A DNA stretch of 64,000 nt from Chrysomallon squamiferum (lineage: Eukaryota; Animalia; Mollusca), in contig CM022665.1 of the NCBI GenBank assembly GCA_012295275.1, forward strand, positions 3,100,001 to 3,164,000, given 5' to 3'. Every line of letters starts with the position of its first letter. Within the stretch, counting starts at the first letter, position 1. Of the stretch, positions 26,299-37,751 are shown piece after piece. The notes below the pieces were generated by a model. That model was not told the origin of the DNA, did no database searches, and saw nothing but the letters and a program-made list of their open reading frames with translations. The position numbers and the translations under genes are program-made.

Positions 26299-27313
26299 GA
26301 GGACGTTGCATAGATCAGTTAAATGGATTCCGATGTGTCTGCTATCCAGGATTTTCTGGGCCAACTTGTGAAGAAAACGAAGATAACTGTTCTCACAAAC
26401 CGTGCTTCAACGGTGGAGTGTGCGAGGACGGCCTCAACGACTTCAAGTGCCGCTGTGTGCCCGGTTTTGTGGGGCCTCTGTGTCAGGATAATGTTGATGA
26501 CTGCGAGATGAGACCGTGCGCGAACGGAGGGTCATGTCTGGATCTCGTCAACGACTTCTCGTGTACCTGTGCCCCTGGCTTCACCGGCAAAGACTGTCGC
26601 ATCAAAATCAACATGTGTGCCAGTGATCCCTGCATGCATGGCGGGAAATGCATTGACCATCTGGCAGACTACAGCTGCGAGTGCAGATCTGGATTTTGGG
26701 GAAAGAACTGTCAGTTCTACGAAGGAATGACTAACCCAGTCGAAATCACTACTCAGTACGCCGGAACCACCGGAAATAGTAATGCTCGTGACGTCACTAC
26801 CGCTGACGAAATTGGTGCCGGAAATCACAGCGGAATTGTCCAGCGTGAAACAGAAGCTGGAGGATTATCAAAAGCGGAACTTTTGATGGTTGTAGTTTTT
26901 GGAGCAGGAATTCCTCTGTTGGTGATTATAATTGTTATGATTGTTTGTTTATGTCGACGTCGCAATATTAATAACAACAGACAGGACAACATGGAAAAGG
27001 AAAATAGACAAAACATTGTGAACAACATCAACAACAAGATTGTTGAGTCGAATTCATCAAATATTATCACAACAATTTCACAGAGTAGTTCAAACAGTTC
27101 CAGTATTAAGATTAGTAACGAAGAAAAAGACTTCTCAAAGAAAAATTCAAAACAAACTATTTTAGAAAAATCTAGTAGCAAACAGTTTATGAAAGACTTA
27201 AATACAAATGAACATTCACAGCCTTATTTTCACAAAACTGACTACGGTTTTGGAAAACCACCCAAAAGGCTGGACCTGCTCTCTTCACCCGTGGAATCAA
27301 ATAGTTCCATAAG
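26299..27313 (+). CDS. Delta: Delta coding exon 9 (EGF6-9, juxtamembrane, TM, most of ICD)
   Basis: TATAG acceptor; the rest of EGF6 plus EGF7-9, TM LLMVVVFGAGIPLLVIIIVMIVCLC (26880-26954) then RRR; donor AAG|GTAAGT; 1015 nt. Confidence 0.96.
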
Positions 27314-27576
27314 GTAAGTTTCTGATAAACTATTTTTATCTCTGTTTATACGAGGAAATAATCTTTAAAAGTTTTTAAAGTTTTTGACAAATTCTGTATG
27401 TGATAACCTAATTTTTAAAAAAATATAAATACCTTTTCTGTAAAATTATAACAATAATAATTAGACTCATGATTGTAAAGATATACCATAAAATGATACA
27501 TTCAGTGCACATTCACGTCATATATAAAATAATTTTTCTTCAAAATTAAATGACAATCCATTTCTTTTTTTTTCAG

Positions 27577-27715
27577 TGACTACAGTCCAAGAGATATTGA
27601 AGAGGTTATTGTTAAACCTTCATACATGGAAACAAACAGAAACTCTATTTTAGTTCTGGATCCAACAAATCATAGGCATTCGCACGTGGAAGAAGTGTTT
27701 GCCACTGAGGTGTAG
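27577..27715 (+). CDS. Delta: Delta coding exon 10 (C-terminus with ATEV PDZ-binding motif)
   Basis: (T)nCAG acceptor; phase 2 continues as SDYSPRDIEEVIVKPSYMETNRNSILVLDPTNHRHSHVEEVFATEV*; TAG at 27713-27715. Confidence 0.93.
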
Positions 27716-28108
27716 CACACGTTGCAAGGCAGGACCAAACAACATTTGCATGCAAACAAAACTTTATTGTTTTCCACATAAAACAGAACAAAGTGTATTT
27801 GTTACTGAAGTGCCTTGCAGAGATGCAATACGATTTGTACAAAGATGGCTTTGTTAATACGAGATTATTATTATTATTATTATTACTACTACTATTATTT
27901 ATCAGATGTGTTATTCAATAGAATGAGGCTAAAAGTCTGTTTAAAAACAATAGTTCACAAGTGCTTTGCGTGGTTAATCAGGATGAAAGAAGGATGCAAG
28001 TGCGTGTGCGTGAGCTGGATGTACGTTGTTTTCTTGCAAATACTTGTACACGGTGGATTCATTCCACAAAATTCCAAATGAGGGCATCTTTTATTTTTTT
28101 TAATTTTT

Positions 28109-28152
<44 letters not shown>

Positions 28153-30845
28153 AAATTGTTTATAAGATTTTATTGAACACCGAAAGTTTCAAGGCAGGAA
28201 TACAATTCCAAAAAAACAAAACAACACACAACAAGCTAGTTCGTTGACCAATGTGGACGTGAGCCGTTCCACTGCCACCTCGTTCATCGAAAAATGCATC
28301 ATTTTAAAATTATATTTATCATGATGCATCGCTCTCCACCCCCAGACTGTGTATGTTCAAGTAATAGGATTTTTACAATTTTTGAGATATTTGGCAGCAA
28401 ATCATTTTGTTTTATTTTTTTTTTTTTTTTTTTTTTTTTGCATCCTTGGAGCAATTTTCTTTAATGTAAATATGATGTAAATTGTCTCCTAGCATTGGCA
28501 ACATCATTTGCTTAAATATTCTTTAAGAATGTTCTCCACTTTTGCAACAAGGAAAAAAAAAAAAAAAATTGAACCATAATGGTATATGGAAAAGTAAACT
28601 TTTGGAATGCTGTGCAATTTCCAAACCTGAGGTTTTATATATATATATACATATATATAAATATATAAATATCTATATATATCGTGCAATCATTGTCTTT
28701 TTAAAATTTGTTAGAAGTTCCATTTTTATTGCTGGAAGAGATAACGGAGTGGTGTTTACCAACTAGTCGAACGTATTAATAATGTTTGCTGTACAGAATG
28801 TGTGTACTGCTAAAAACAGTTTGTATTTATTTGTTAATGTAGTTTGATGCAGTGTTGTTGCATGTTGTCTTGACTCACCGTAGACATATCACCTGGTTCT
28901 TTTTGTTAAAAGGTTTGACGGCAACAACCAAACTGGTGCAGCTGTTGAAATAGTCTGAATGTTAGTGCAGGGGAAAAAAAAATTCAGCTGAAATATTTAT
29001 TGATCTTTTCTTTGAAAATATTTAGTGTTAGAAATACGAGAATAAAAATCAATTAAAATATTGTTTGAAAATTGAAATCTGGCACATATGTAGCTGAAAA
29101 ATTTGACATAAAAGTGAAATTTTCTGTTCTAATTTGACAAAATATTTGGCTTTTTGTTTGATTTTAATCTAGTGATGACATTTATTTACAAAGTAATCAT
29201 AATTTGTTCTCTTTATGACAAAGACGAAATTAGGTGGCGCGCTAACGTGACATTCAGAACGTAATCTGTTTCAAATTCATTTATAGAGGTTTGGATTATG
29301 TCACAATAAAATGAAAAGAGCATTAATTGCAGATGTTGAAAGCCGTACAGAATAGTGTAAAAACGAGGAACTGAGAACAATACTAAAACTAAAAGACATA
29401 AAAAAGAATAGTTCCATATTTTGATAACAGTAATATCCAGGTGATATATGTTTAACGGTGTGATTTATCTTGTTTTTATACATATTGCTCGCTCACTGAA
29501 GAATGTACTAATTTATTAACAATATGTTCCGATGTTGTCGGCGCTACGATGTATAATAATAATTATTAAAAATGAAAAAAAAAAAAATATGAAAAATTAA
29601 ACAAAAAAAAATGAAAAAAAAAAAAATGAAAAAATAAAAAATACCCCTAATAACTACAAAAGCAAGCTGGATCCCATTGCCTCAGTGATAAATATAAAAA
29701 AGCAATAACACAAAGAGTGCATTATGATATTTCAGTTTAAACTGGAATGTAATAATATTTAACTATGGAGCGTGTAACTAAAGTTATGTGAATGTAAGGA
29801 TCTCTTCTGTTGGACTGACTGATGCACTGGGAATAATTTAAATTATTACCATTTAATGTTTAAAATTCTGCAATAAGGCAGTTCTGTATTGTAAAAATTA
29901 TTAGACTTACAAACAATCGTCAAGTTGTATCAACTTCTAAAGTGTTGACATTTGTAAACTAAATTATTATTAGTGTCATTATTAAATATGTTTTTTTTTT
30001 TCTTGTTCATGCTAGTTTGTGGATCATAATTTATTGTCAAGCGGATGCTTTTATATCGTCCATGACGGTGGGCATGCGCTGAATATCAAAAGTATAGGCC
30101 ACCTACTACTTTCTTGGTGACAAAATGCAGAACTGCCATCTGTTTGCGTGTACTGATTTGAAAGATGTTTCTGAACGCCGACAGGCAGTTACTGTACTGA
30201 AGGCCTGGCGCTGTAAACTATTTATTCTTCCTACCATTCCAAATTACAGACACAGCTACTTTATCGGGCATGTACGAAAAGTTTGAAAATTTTCTTAAAA
30301 TCATGTTACATTTAAAGCTAATCGGTAACTCGACACTTTTTGAGTTGACCATGTTCGGACAGTGTCAGCAGATCAAATTCGAGAAACCTGTCGATTTTGT
30401 AAAAAAAAAAAAAAAAGAGTTTGATTAAATTCTGAAAGGTTTCTCCAGAGTTTTGAAGAAAGTTTCCAGTTCATTATTCATTTCAAAATATCCTTTACAG
30501 TCTCTACATGCTCGATAAAAATGCTAACATTATCACCCATCAAAATATTGCATTATCTTCTAGGCCAATCATGTCATGCACTTGTTAATTTATTCATATC
30601 ATGTGACCATGTCTCATTAATATTTATCATGTCATATGACATTCTTAACCTATCATTTACAAAGCGCTGTCACGTACACAAATGTGCAGATAGTGTTCGT
30701 GTTTCTGTGATGCCCACTTATGTACATAATATGTATATTTATAGCAAAAAGTCAAGTTGTATATATGATTGTTATTACTTCTATACTATTAATACTATGG
30801 TATTTCTCAATATCATTGAATAAAAAGGTCACAATTGCCTATTTT
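27716..30845 (+). other. Probable long 3'UTR of Delta
   Basis: Follows the stop codon; multiple miRNA seed matches; Pumilio elements TGTAHATA at 28465, 30721 and 30758; AATAAA at 29041, 29305, 30819 and 30905. The true end cannot be determined from sequence alone. Confidence 0.55.
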
Positions 30846-31441
30846 TTCAAATTTGAAGTAATGTTGTATGTTTTTACTATTATGTTTATTGCCTGATTAG
30901 TGTTAATAAAAATAAGAGTTCTACAAAGACATCAGATTTTCTCATACACTATAAAACCTTTGAACCACTGTACAGGATGGCATTAAATATGAAAAACGAA
31001 AACGTATTTATCGGAATAACTGGTTATGATTGACTTCATCACGAAGTGTATTGTTTATTGTAACATCTGAAATATCCACTCATTATAACGAATAAAATTT
31101 GTATATTTTACCAAGTTGACTTGCATCAAATAACATTTAATGTAACGACATTCCTTCTGGTCATCCATCCTTTACTGAAACGTCGAGAATGTGCAACAAA
31201 TTTCGCAAATTATATGCAACATTTCATAACTGTATGAAATTATGTTGCTCGCGATGTAAAGAGTGGGTTACATACGGGTTTTATTGGTTACCCATACAAT
31301 GTCATTCGTATTTATTATAGCGCACAATGACAATTTTACAACATTTTTCAACAACCAGCTGGTGTCGTAATTTAAGCGTTAATCATTATACTTCAGCTAC
31401 TGGAAACCTGATTCTAGCCATAGTTGCAATTCTTTTTTCGA

Positions 31442-31504
<63 letters not shown>
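31442..31504. repeat. (ATT)n microsatellite
   Basis: Perfect trinucleotide run; source of the poly-Tyr ORF at 31327. Confidence 0.97.
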
Positions 31505-33378
31505 GCTGTTGTTATTAAGAGTAAAGCATAAAGAAAGATTCGCCACAATGACAATGTAAAACACTGGATTTGTCGAGAAGCGTTTTCCACTCAGTTTACA
31601 TAAATTAGTGTTGCAATGAAAATGATGGCACCTTTGATAGGCTTAAAAATCAAACTACAACAACAACAACAACAACAAAAGACCATCATATCACGAAACT
31701 AGCAATACGAAATTAAAAAGCCTTAAGTAGGCCGATTGGCAAGTCAAATGTTAAGGGTCATTTAGCACCGGCTTCATTGAAGCATGGAGTTCGATCAGTC
31801 TTGGAGAAATATTTATTTACATATTCGGTAGTCAACGAATTGGGTTTGCCAATAAAGCTTACTCATTTTTTTATTTTTTTATTTTTTATTTTTTTTATTT
31901 TTTTTTTTTTTTTTAACACAGAAAAAAAAATATATTAACATCACCTGTAGAGGAATACTTGAAACAAATTTTCTATGTACCATTTCTTCAAGTAAAACAA
32001 TTTAAACAAACAAAACAAGAAACAATCAATATACTCTCTAGAGTAAAAGTGAACGAAATGTTCTTTCTGAGTATTCATTATAAAAACAAGTTTATTAACA
32101 TCATGCCAATACATCATGAACTTCACGAGGGACGGTTGGAGCATGGAATCGTAGAATTACATTCTCACGGTCAAACAGTGTGTCTCCTAGTTCTAAGAAC
32201 AATACGTCAGTGTGGTTTGGGGAATTGATCAATAAGTAATTCATGTTAAGTAAGTGCCTAGCTGACAATCAATACATCAGGTGGGGGCAAACACGTAGGG
32301 CAACTGACTTGCTATTGGTGTCATTTCAATATACGTCTAAAAATCGATGCATCAACGATAGGCAGGTAAATAAAGTGTATATTAATGCTACAATAGATTA
32401 ATTTCCTTCTGCAGAGCAATATAAAAGAGGTTAATACATGTGTAAGTTGGAGTCAAAACAGTTCAAGATAACACATACCAACAGTATTAAATGAGTCTGT
32501 GAAAGTTCGCTAATGAGAGTGCTGTACCAGTTTAATACTTTGCGTTCGTGTAGCCATTCTGAAAGAAGAAACTTCTGATTTTTCATTATCATCATCATCA
32601 TCATCACTATTATTATTAGTAATAAGTAAGATGATGATAAGACGATCTTGCTGTTATAAATTATGGTGACTTTATTTTCTTGAAATTAGAAACGAAGGTT
32701 TTAATGAATCTTTTTAGTTATTTTAACTACATCTCAAGAGAAAAATGTTGAATTCTTTACGACTGCTTTAAATGCAGTGTCATTTTTTTATCAGTAAGAC
32801 AATTGGATTTAAACAAACATTCTACATTAACATAAGACGTTCAGATATGACCGATATACCAATTTCCCTAATCTATCGACGATTTTATTCCTTTTGCTTG
32901 ATATAAAGGACAAATTTGTTTTCTGTATTTAACAATTTCTTCACACAAATTATTCTAACACTCGAAGTAATTATTCGTAATTACTCGCTGTATTTCGCCC
33001 ATTTTACGAAAGAATACGAGCACATCCAATATACATCACAACTTATTAGTCAAAACCAATTTTACAACATTCATGAATTATAATTAATAATGAATTCATT
33101 ATCAAACATTATCAAGTTCGTTAATAAATTTTAATTTTTCGTTATTAAGATTCACGTTACTGAATGTGCTTTTAATCTGATTATAAAGAAATTTTAAAAT
33201 ATTAAATGATCAAAACGACAAGTTACATATTTTAAGAATTAAATTGGCTGCACCTTATTTTATTTTTAAAAACAGCTGTGGCTTATATTCGTGGACGTGT
33301 CAAATATGTAGTACCTATATTAACAAGTTTGATCGGATGACGAAAACCTTGATGTTTTAGCCTTTCCGTGGACATATA

Positions 33379-33417
<39 letters not shown>

Positions 33418-36400
33418 AATATGTAAGTAAGGAAAACCTGCAAATGTAACAGTAATGTAAAAGAATGTTTATGGTCGCGGGCAATTGGATGATTTTTCTA
33501 CGTTTCTCACGATGTCCACCAACCGAGTTGTGAATCTCGACATCGATCACTCCTACTACAATGGACACCAACAGCCGTATCCGCTAATTGACAGATGGTT
33601 TCTGCGGGATTAATTGGCATTTGATTGAAGCACAATATCCGATCCCAGGCTTCCATTTGCCAACTGTTGAACATAAAGCCATAGGCAGCCAGCTTCCTCC
33701 ACTACAAAGCATGGGTCAGTCGAGATTCCTCACACAATGGACAGGGGCTGCCGGAGACTTAGAACACAATGCATTTTGGGAAGTGCGGATCTTCCACCTG
33801 AATGACACCTTGTCATCCTGGTCTGTTAACAGAGGCCTGACCTCTGAAAGCCTCAACTTTTTATTTTTTAAGATTTGACACCCTTTCGTCGTGTCTGGTG
33901 ACAGCGCAGAGTAGACCTAGTTCTCATGGGTAGCCCTGTTCTCACGATCATATAAACACAAACTCGTCGATAAACACAGGATGAAGGTCACCTACAAGGT
34001 TATGTGGGATCTAGCGATTTTAATGACATTTTGATCAAAACAAACCCGTGTTTACATTTATAAAAATATTTCAGAGCGTATATTTGGGTACGGGTATTAT
34101 TAACGGTCAATTTTTGTATCTTCAGCTAATGACATGATCTTTAACAAATGATAATAATAATAAATAAATAAAAATATATATATGTACATAATTATAGACC
34201 TAAACGATTTAACCGAGAAACAGTAAATCTTGGGAACAATTCGTTTGTGACAGAAGACCTCTGTTCTATTAAGCATGAAAGTTTCACAGTACCATTCTAG
34301 TTTTAAGCAGACACTGATTACTTTTTAATGTTAATAATTCCAAAAAAAAAAAAATGTTATGGATTTTAAAACCCGTCCAAATATGGTCTGTATTCCAGAT
34401 AAAACTATGCACATTGGGATATTATTTTTTCATTCGTCTTCTTATTTTACTTCGTTTTATGATCAGAGATTTTAGCGTTCGTCTGCTTTTACTCTGCTAC
34501 TGACGACACACAAAATCACACTCTTGTAATGGCCATCAAATGACATTAAATAAACTGTTATACGTTCATATAAAACATTACTAAAGGATCAAATCTTACG
34601 TTTCCTGTAATTCCTCCCTTATGTTTTCCTGAATAAAGATTCCTCTTTTAGAATATTATAATGAAAACAGAAACAACAACAAAACTGTGTGAAATATTTG
34701 TACAACTACAACAAGGTAAATTATGATTTTATTGCACTTTCCACAACTTTTTCACTTTACTTTATTACTCTGAATCATGTATTATTAGTCCCTTGTGACT
34801 TGGAATATTGCACAGACAGTAATTTAAAGCTTTGAGTGAATACTGAAACCAAATGGAACTCCAACAAAAATCCAGATATTAGTTAAATAATGCTGATGAT
34901 AATAATGATGATTAATTCTATTACTACTACTACTGTTGTTGTTGTTGTTATTATTATTATTATTATTATTAACTATTGCAATATTAGGTTGATGAGAGAA
35001 TGAAATCCGAATCATATTAACATTACATTTTTTTTCTGTTATTATTAGTTTAATTTTATAATATTAATAATTTATGATTATTTCTGATAAAAGCATATTG
35101 TTATATCCATGTTTATTATTAACTGAAGTAATAACCAAGAATGGATTGATAAAAAGTTGTTTGGTAGTTTGTATAAATAAGTGGTCAATTCCTGGTTAGA
35201 ACTGTTCAGTTAGAAGAGGTAAGTTTACAATGCTCACAGGAAGACTAGTTTTATTACTATATAGAAAAACTGTATTAAAACTGTATAGAAATAATGGACA
35301 TGACTGAAAAAGCATGGAGATTTGAGTTAGATAATACACTACCAGTATCATTATTATTATAAAAAAGTATGATAGAAATACTGAAGTTTTAAAATGTTTA
35401 AAGCTTTGGAAAACAAACACTAATCCCAGCATTCATTGATTCAGTGAACTAAAATGAATTCAAAAAAATATTTTTACTTTCTGTAGGAAATTAATACCAC
35501 TAAACATAATTAATTAGCCTTCAAAACAGATAAAAACACACTTAGAATTTAATCTAGTGTTTTAACAGAACAAAACAATACTTTCTGTGTAAAACTGATA
35601 TAACATTTTTTGATTTCAAAAAAAAAAAAAAAAAAAAAAAAAACTCTGCTCATCATGTAATATTTTATGTATTTGTATATTTTTTATTTCAAACCTGAAT
35701 TTTATCAACTCTGAAGAGAGCTGATTACAAAAGCAGATGAAGGAAGATGAAATGTTTTCAAGTCTTTCCTCAAAACTAAGTTAAATGTTCAATAAATCTT
35801 GAGAGAGACACATATGTGTGGCAGTAATGGAAATACACGTACCAACAATACTTCCTACATTTTCACTTTGGTTCTTCGCTTGTAATGAAATCAGCACCAT
35901 TCAACAGGCTGTAAAAAGAAAATGGTAATAAAGACGTGAAAATAAATCAAGTAGAAGAGACCAGTAGATTGGCCCACAATTACAGTGATGGGATGAATGT
36001 TGTATGAAGTTTTTCACCTCTGACATACCTCATCATTGTTAGAGAATATTAACATTCAGCAGCATCTCTCTTAGCCTGGAATGTTGCAAAGTTCAAGAAC
36101 TGAGAAAACAGAACAGAAGTTGGTATTCATTTATTACAATTGTGATGAACATTTTGTGTAGACCACTAATTGGATAACCTTGGAAGCAAACCAGAACCAT
36201 ATAGGTAAGAATTCTGGACCAGAAAAAAGACAAAATAATGCATACACATCACTACTGACATTTTTGTTATCTGTAAGAATTAATGACACATATTTATTTT
36301 TATAAAACTGCTTGCTGGTGTTCTATGGATGGGTCATATGCAGAGGCCAAAAAAAAAAAAAAAATTAGCAGTTGTAAACATTAATTTTTAAATGTTCATG

Positions 36401-37044
36401 GCAACAACATATCATGGGACTGTCTATGAGAATTACAATTTCCATTTTAAATACAGTTTACAAACCAATGTACACCAGAAAAATCATAGTTCTCATATAT
36501 ATATATATATTTCTTTGACAAACATCTGTACAAAACAAGTGTTTACAATTTACAGTGAATATGAAACATTCTCAATGTAAGAAACAACTTGCCAAGTGTT
36601 ATTCTTGTTTTTGAAATAAAAATAAAACAATTTTTTTAAATTTTTAAATTTTTTAAAACATTTTGACATAAAATATTTATTACAAACCTTCAACATAGCA
36701 AACTGAATTTTTTGTGAAAAATCAGTTATTTAATTAAAAATACAGGTTCAGAATATAAAATGTCATTTTGAAATAATATATTTTTTTAATTTGATGCAAA
36801 ACCTTTGTTTGGTTTGAGAAAGTGTTATTACATTGAGCTGTTTTAAGATGATGTTTTCCAGCAACTATTGTTTTGTTTGTTGTGCTGCAGTGAAACAGAA
36901 GATTCACCTATCAGCACACACACTCACACACACACACACACACACACATACTGGAAAGAGGTAGCAACTTCTGGGAACACTTCCAAATAGGAGATAGAGT
37001 ATTGTTTTAACAGGCACTAACACACGTAAGTTTAGTGCACTAGG

Positions 37045-37240
37045 CCATTCCAGGTGAAGTGAAGTAAGTACATGGAGGAGAATAATAATACCAACAATGA
37101 TAATGTAACATTTCAGACCATTCAGGTGAAGTGAATTAATTACTTACAAGGTAATACTGATTTTTGATAACGTGGAAGTTTTGAACCATTACAGCTGAAG
37201 CGAAGTTAAGTACACACAGGATAATACTGATAGTGTAACA
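37045..37240. repeat. Diverged ~70-bp tandem repeat, ~3 copies
   Basis: Recurrent CCATT(C/A)CAG(G/C)TGAAG(T/C)GAA..TAATAC core at ~37045, ~37118 and ~37186. Confidence 0.7.
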
Positions 37241-37698
37241 GTTTTACTGTTAGGCAGGCATTTCTTATGACCAGATCTCACCTCACAAAGTGTGTATGGT
37301 TGCCACAGAGTTCACTAACCTGTTATCTGGTCTTGCAGAACCAGCCTCAGAGTCTCTCTGTATACCACTTGAACTCAGCAGAATAAAAAAAATAACAAAA
37401 TTTTAGAAAACAAAAACATCAGCTGATAATACAAGATGGTGCTATGAAATAAAGCTGAGTGATGTTTAAAACACTGGTGTTTCCACTGACACTGTCCTGA
37501 CAGAGCTGGTGCTGAACATTTTAAATACAGAGTGTGTCATCAGTGCAAAAAAAATATAGAAGAAACCCCCCCAAAACCCTCCAAAACCCACTACCCATTG
37601 TAATACAGATAAAACAGATGCTAATGTAGTTGTTAAATGATTATTAGTAAAATACTTTTAACAACCATAATAAACAAACAGTAAATTAAATGAATTAA

Positions 37699-37748
<50 letters not shown>
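37699..37748. repeat. (AAT)n microsatellite
   Basis: Direct reading of the run. Confidence 0.95.

Positions 37749-37751
<3 letters not shown>

Larger units (their letters stand above)
11553..30845 (+). other. Delta: Delta (Notch ligand) transcription unit; TSS and 3' end inferred
   Basis: Ten coding exons splice into one 2421-nt ORF (806 aa): SP-MNNL-DSL-9xEGF-TM-ICD-ATEV. TSS is taken from TATA/Inr spacing. The 3' end is a guess from AATAAA at 30819-30824. Confidence 0.9.

Noticed and set aside
26323-27181. Overlapping and antisense ORFs within exon 9
   Set aside because: Shadow frames of the Delta CDS with no independent signal.
30312-30332. TAAAGCTA resembling the miR-79/miR-9-3p 5' end
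   Set aside because: The rest of the mature sequence and a hairpin partner are missing.
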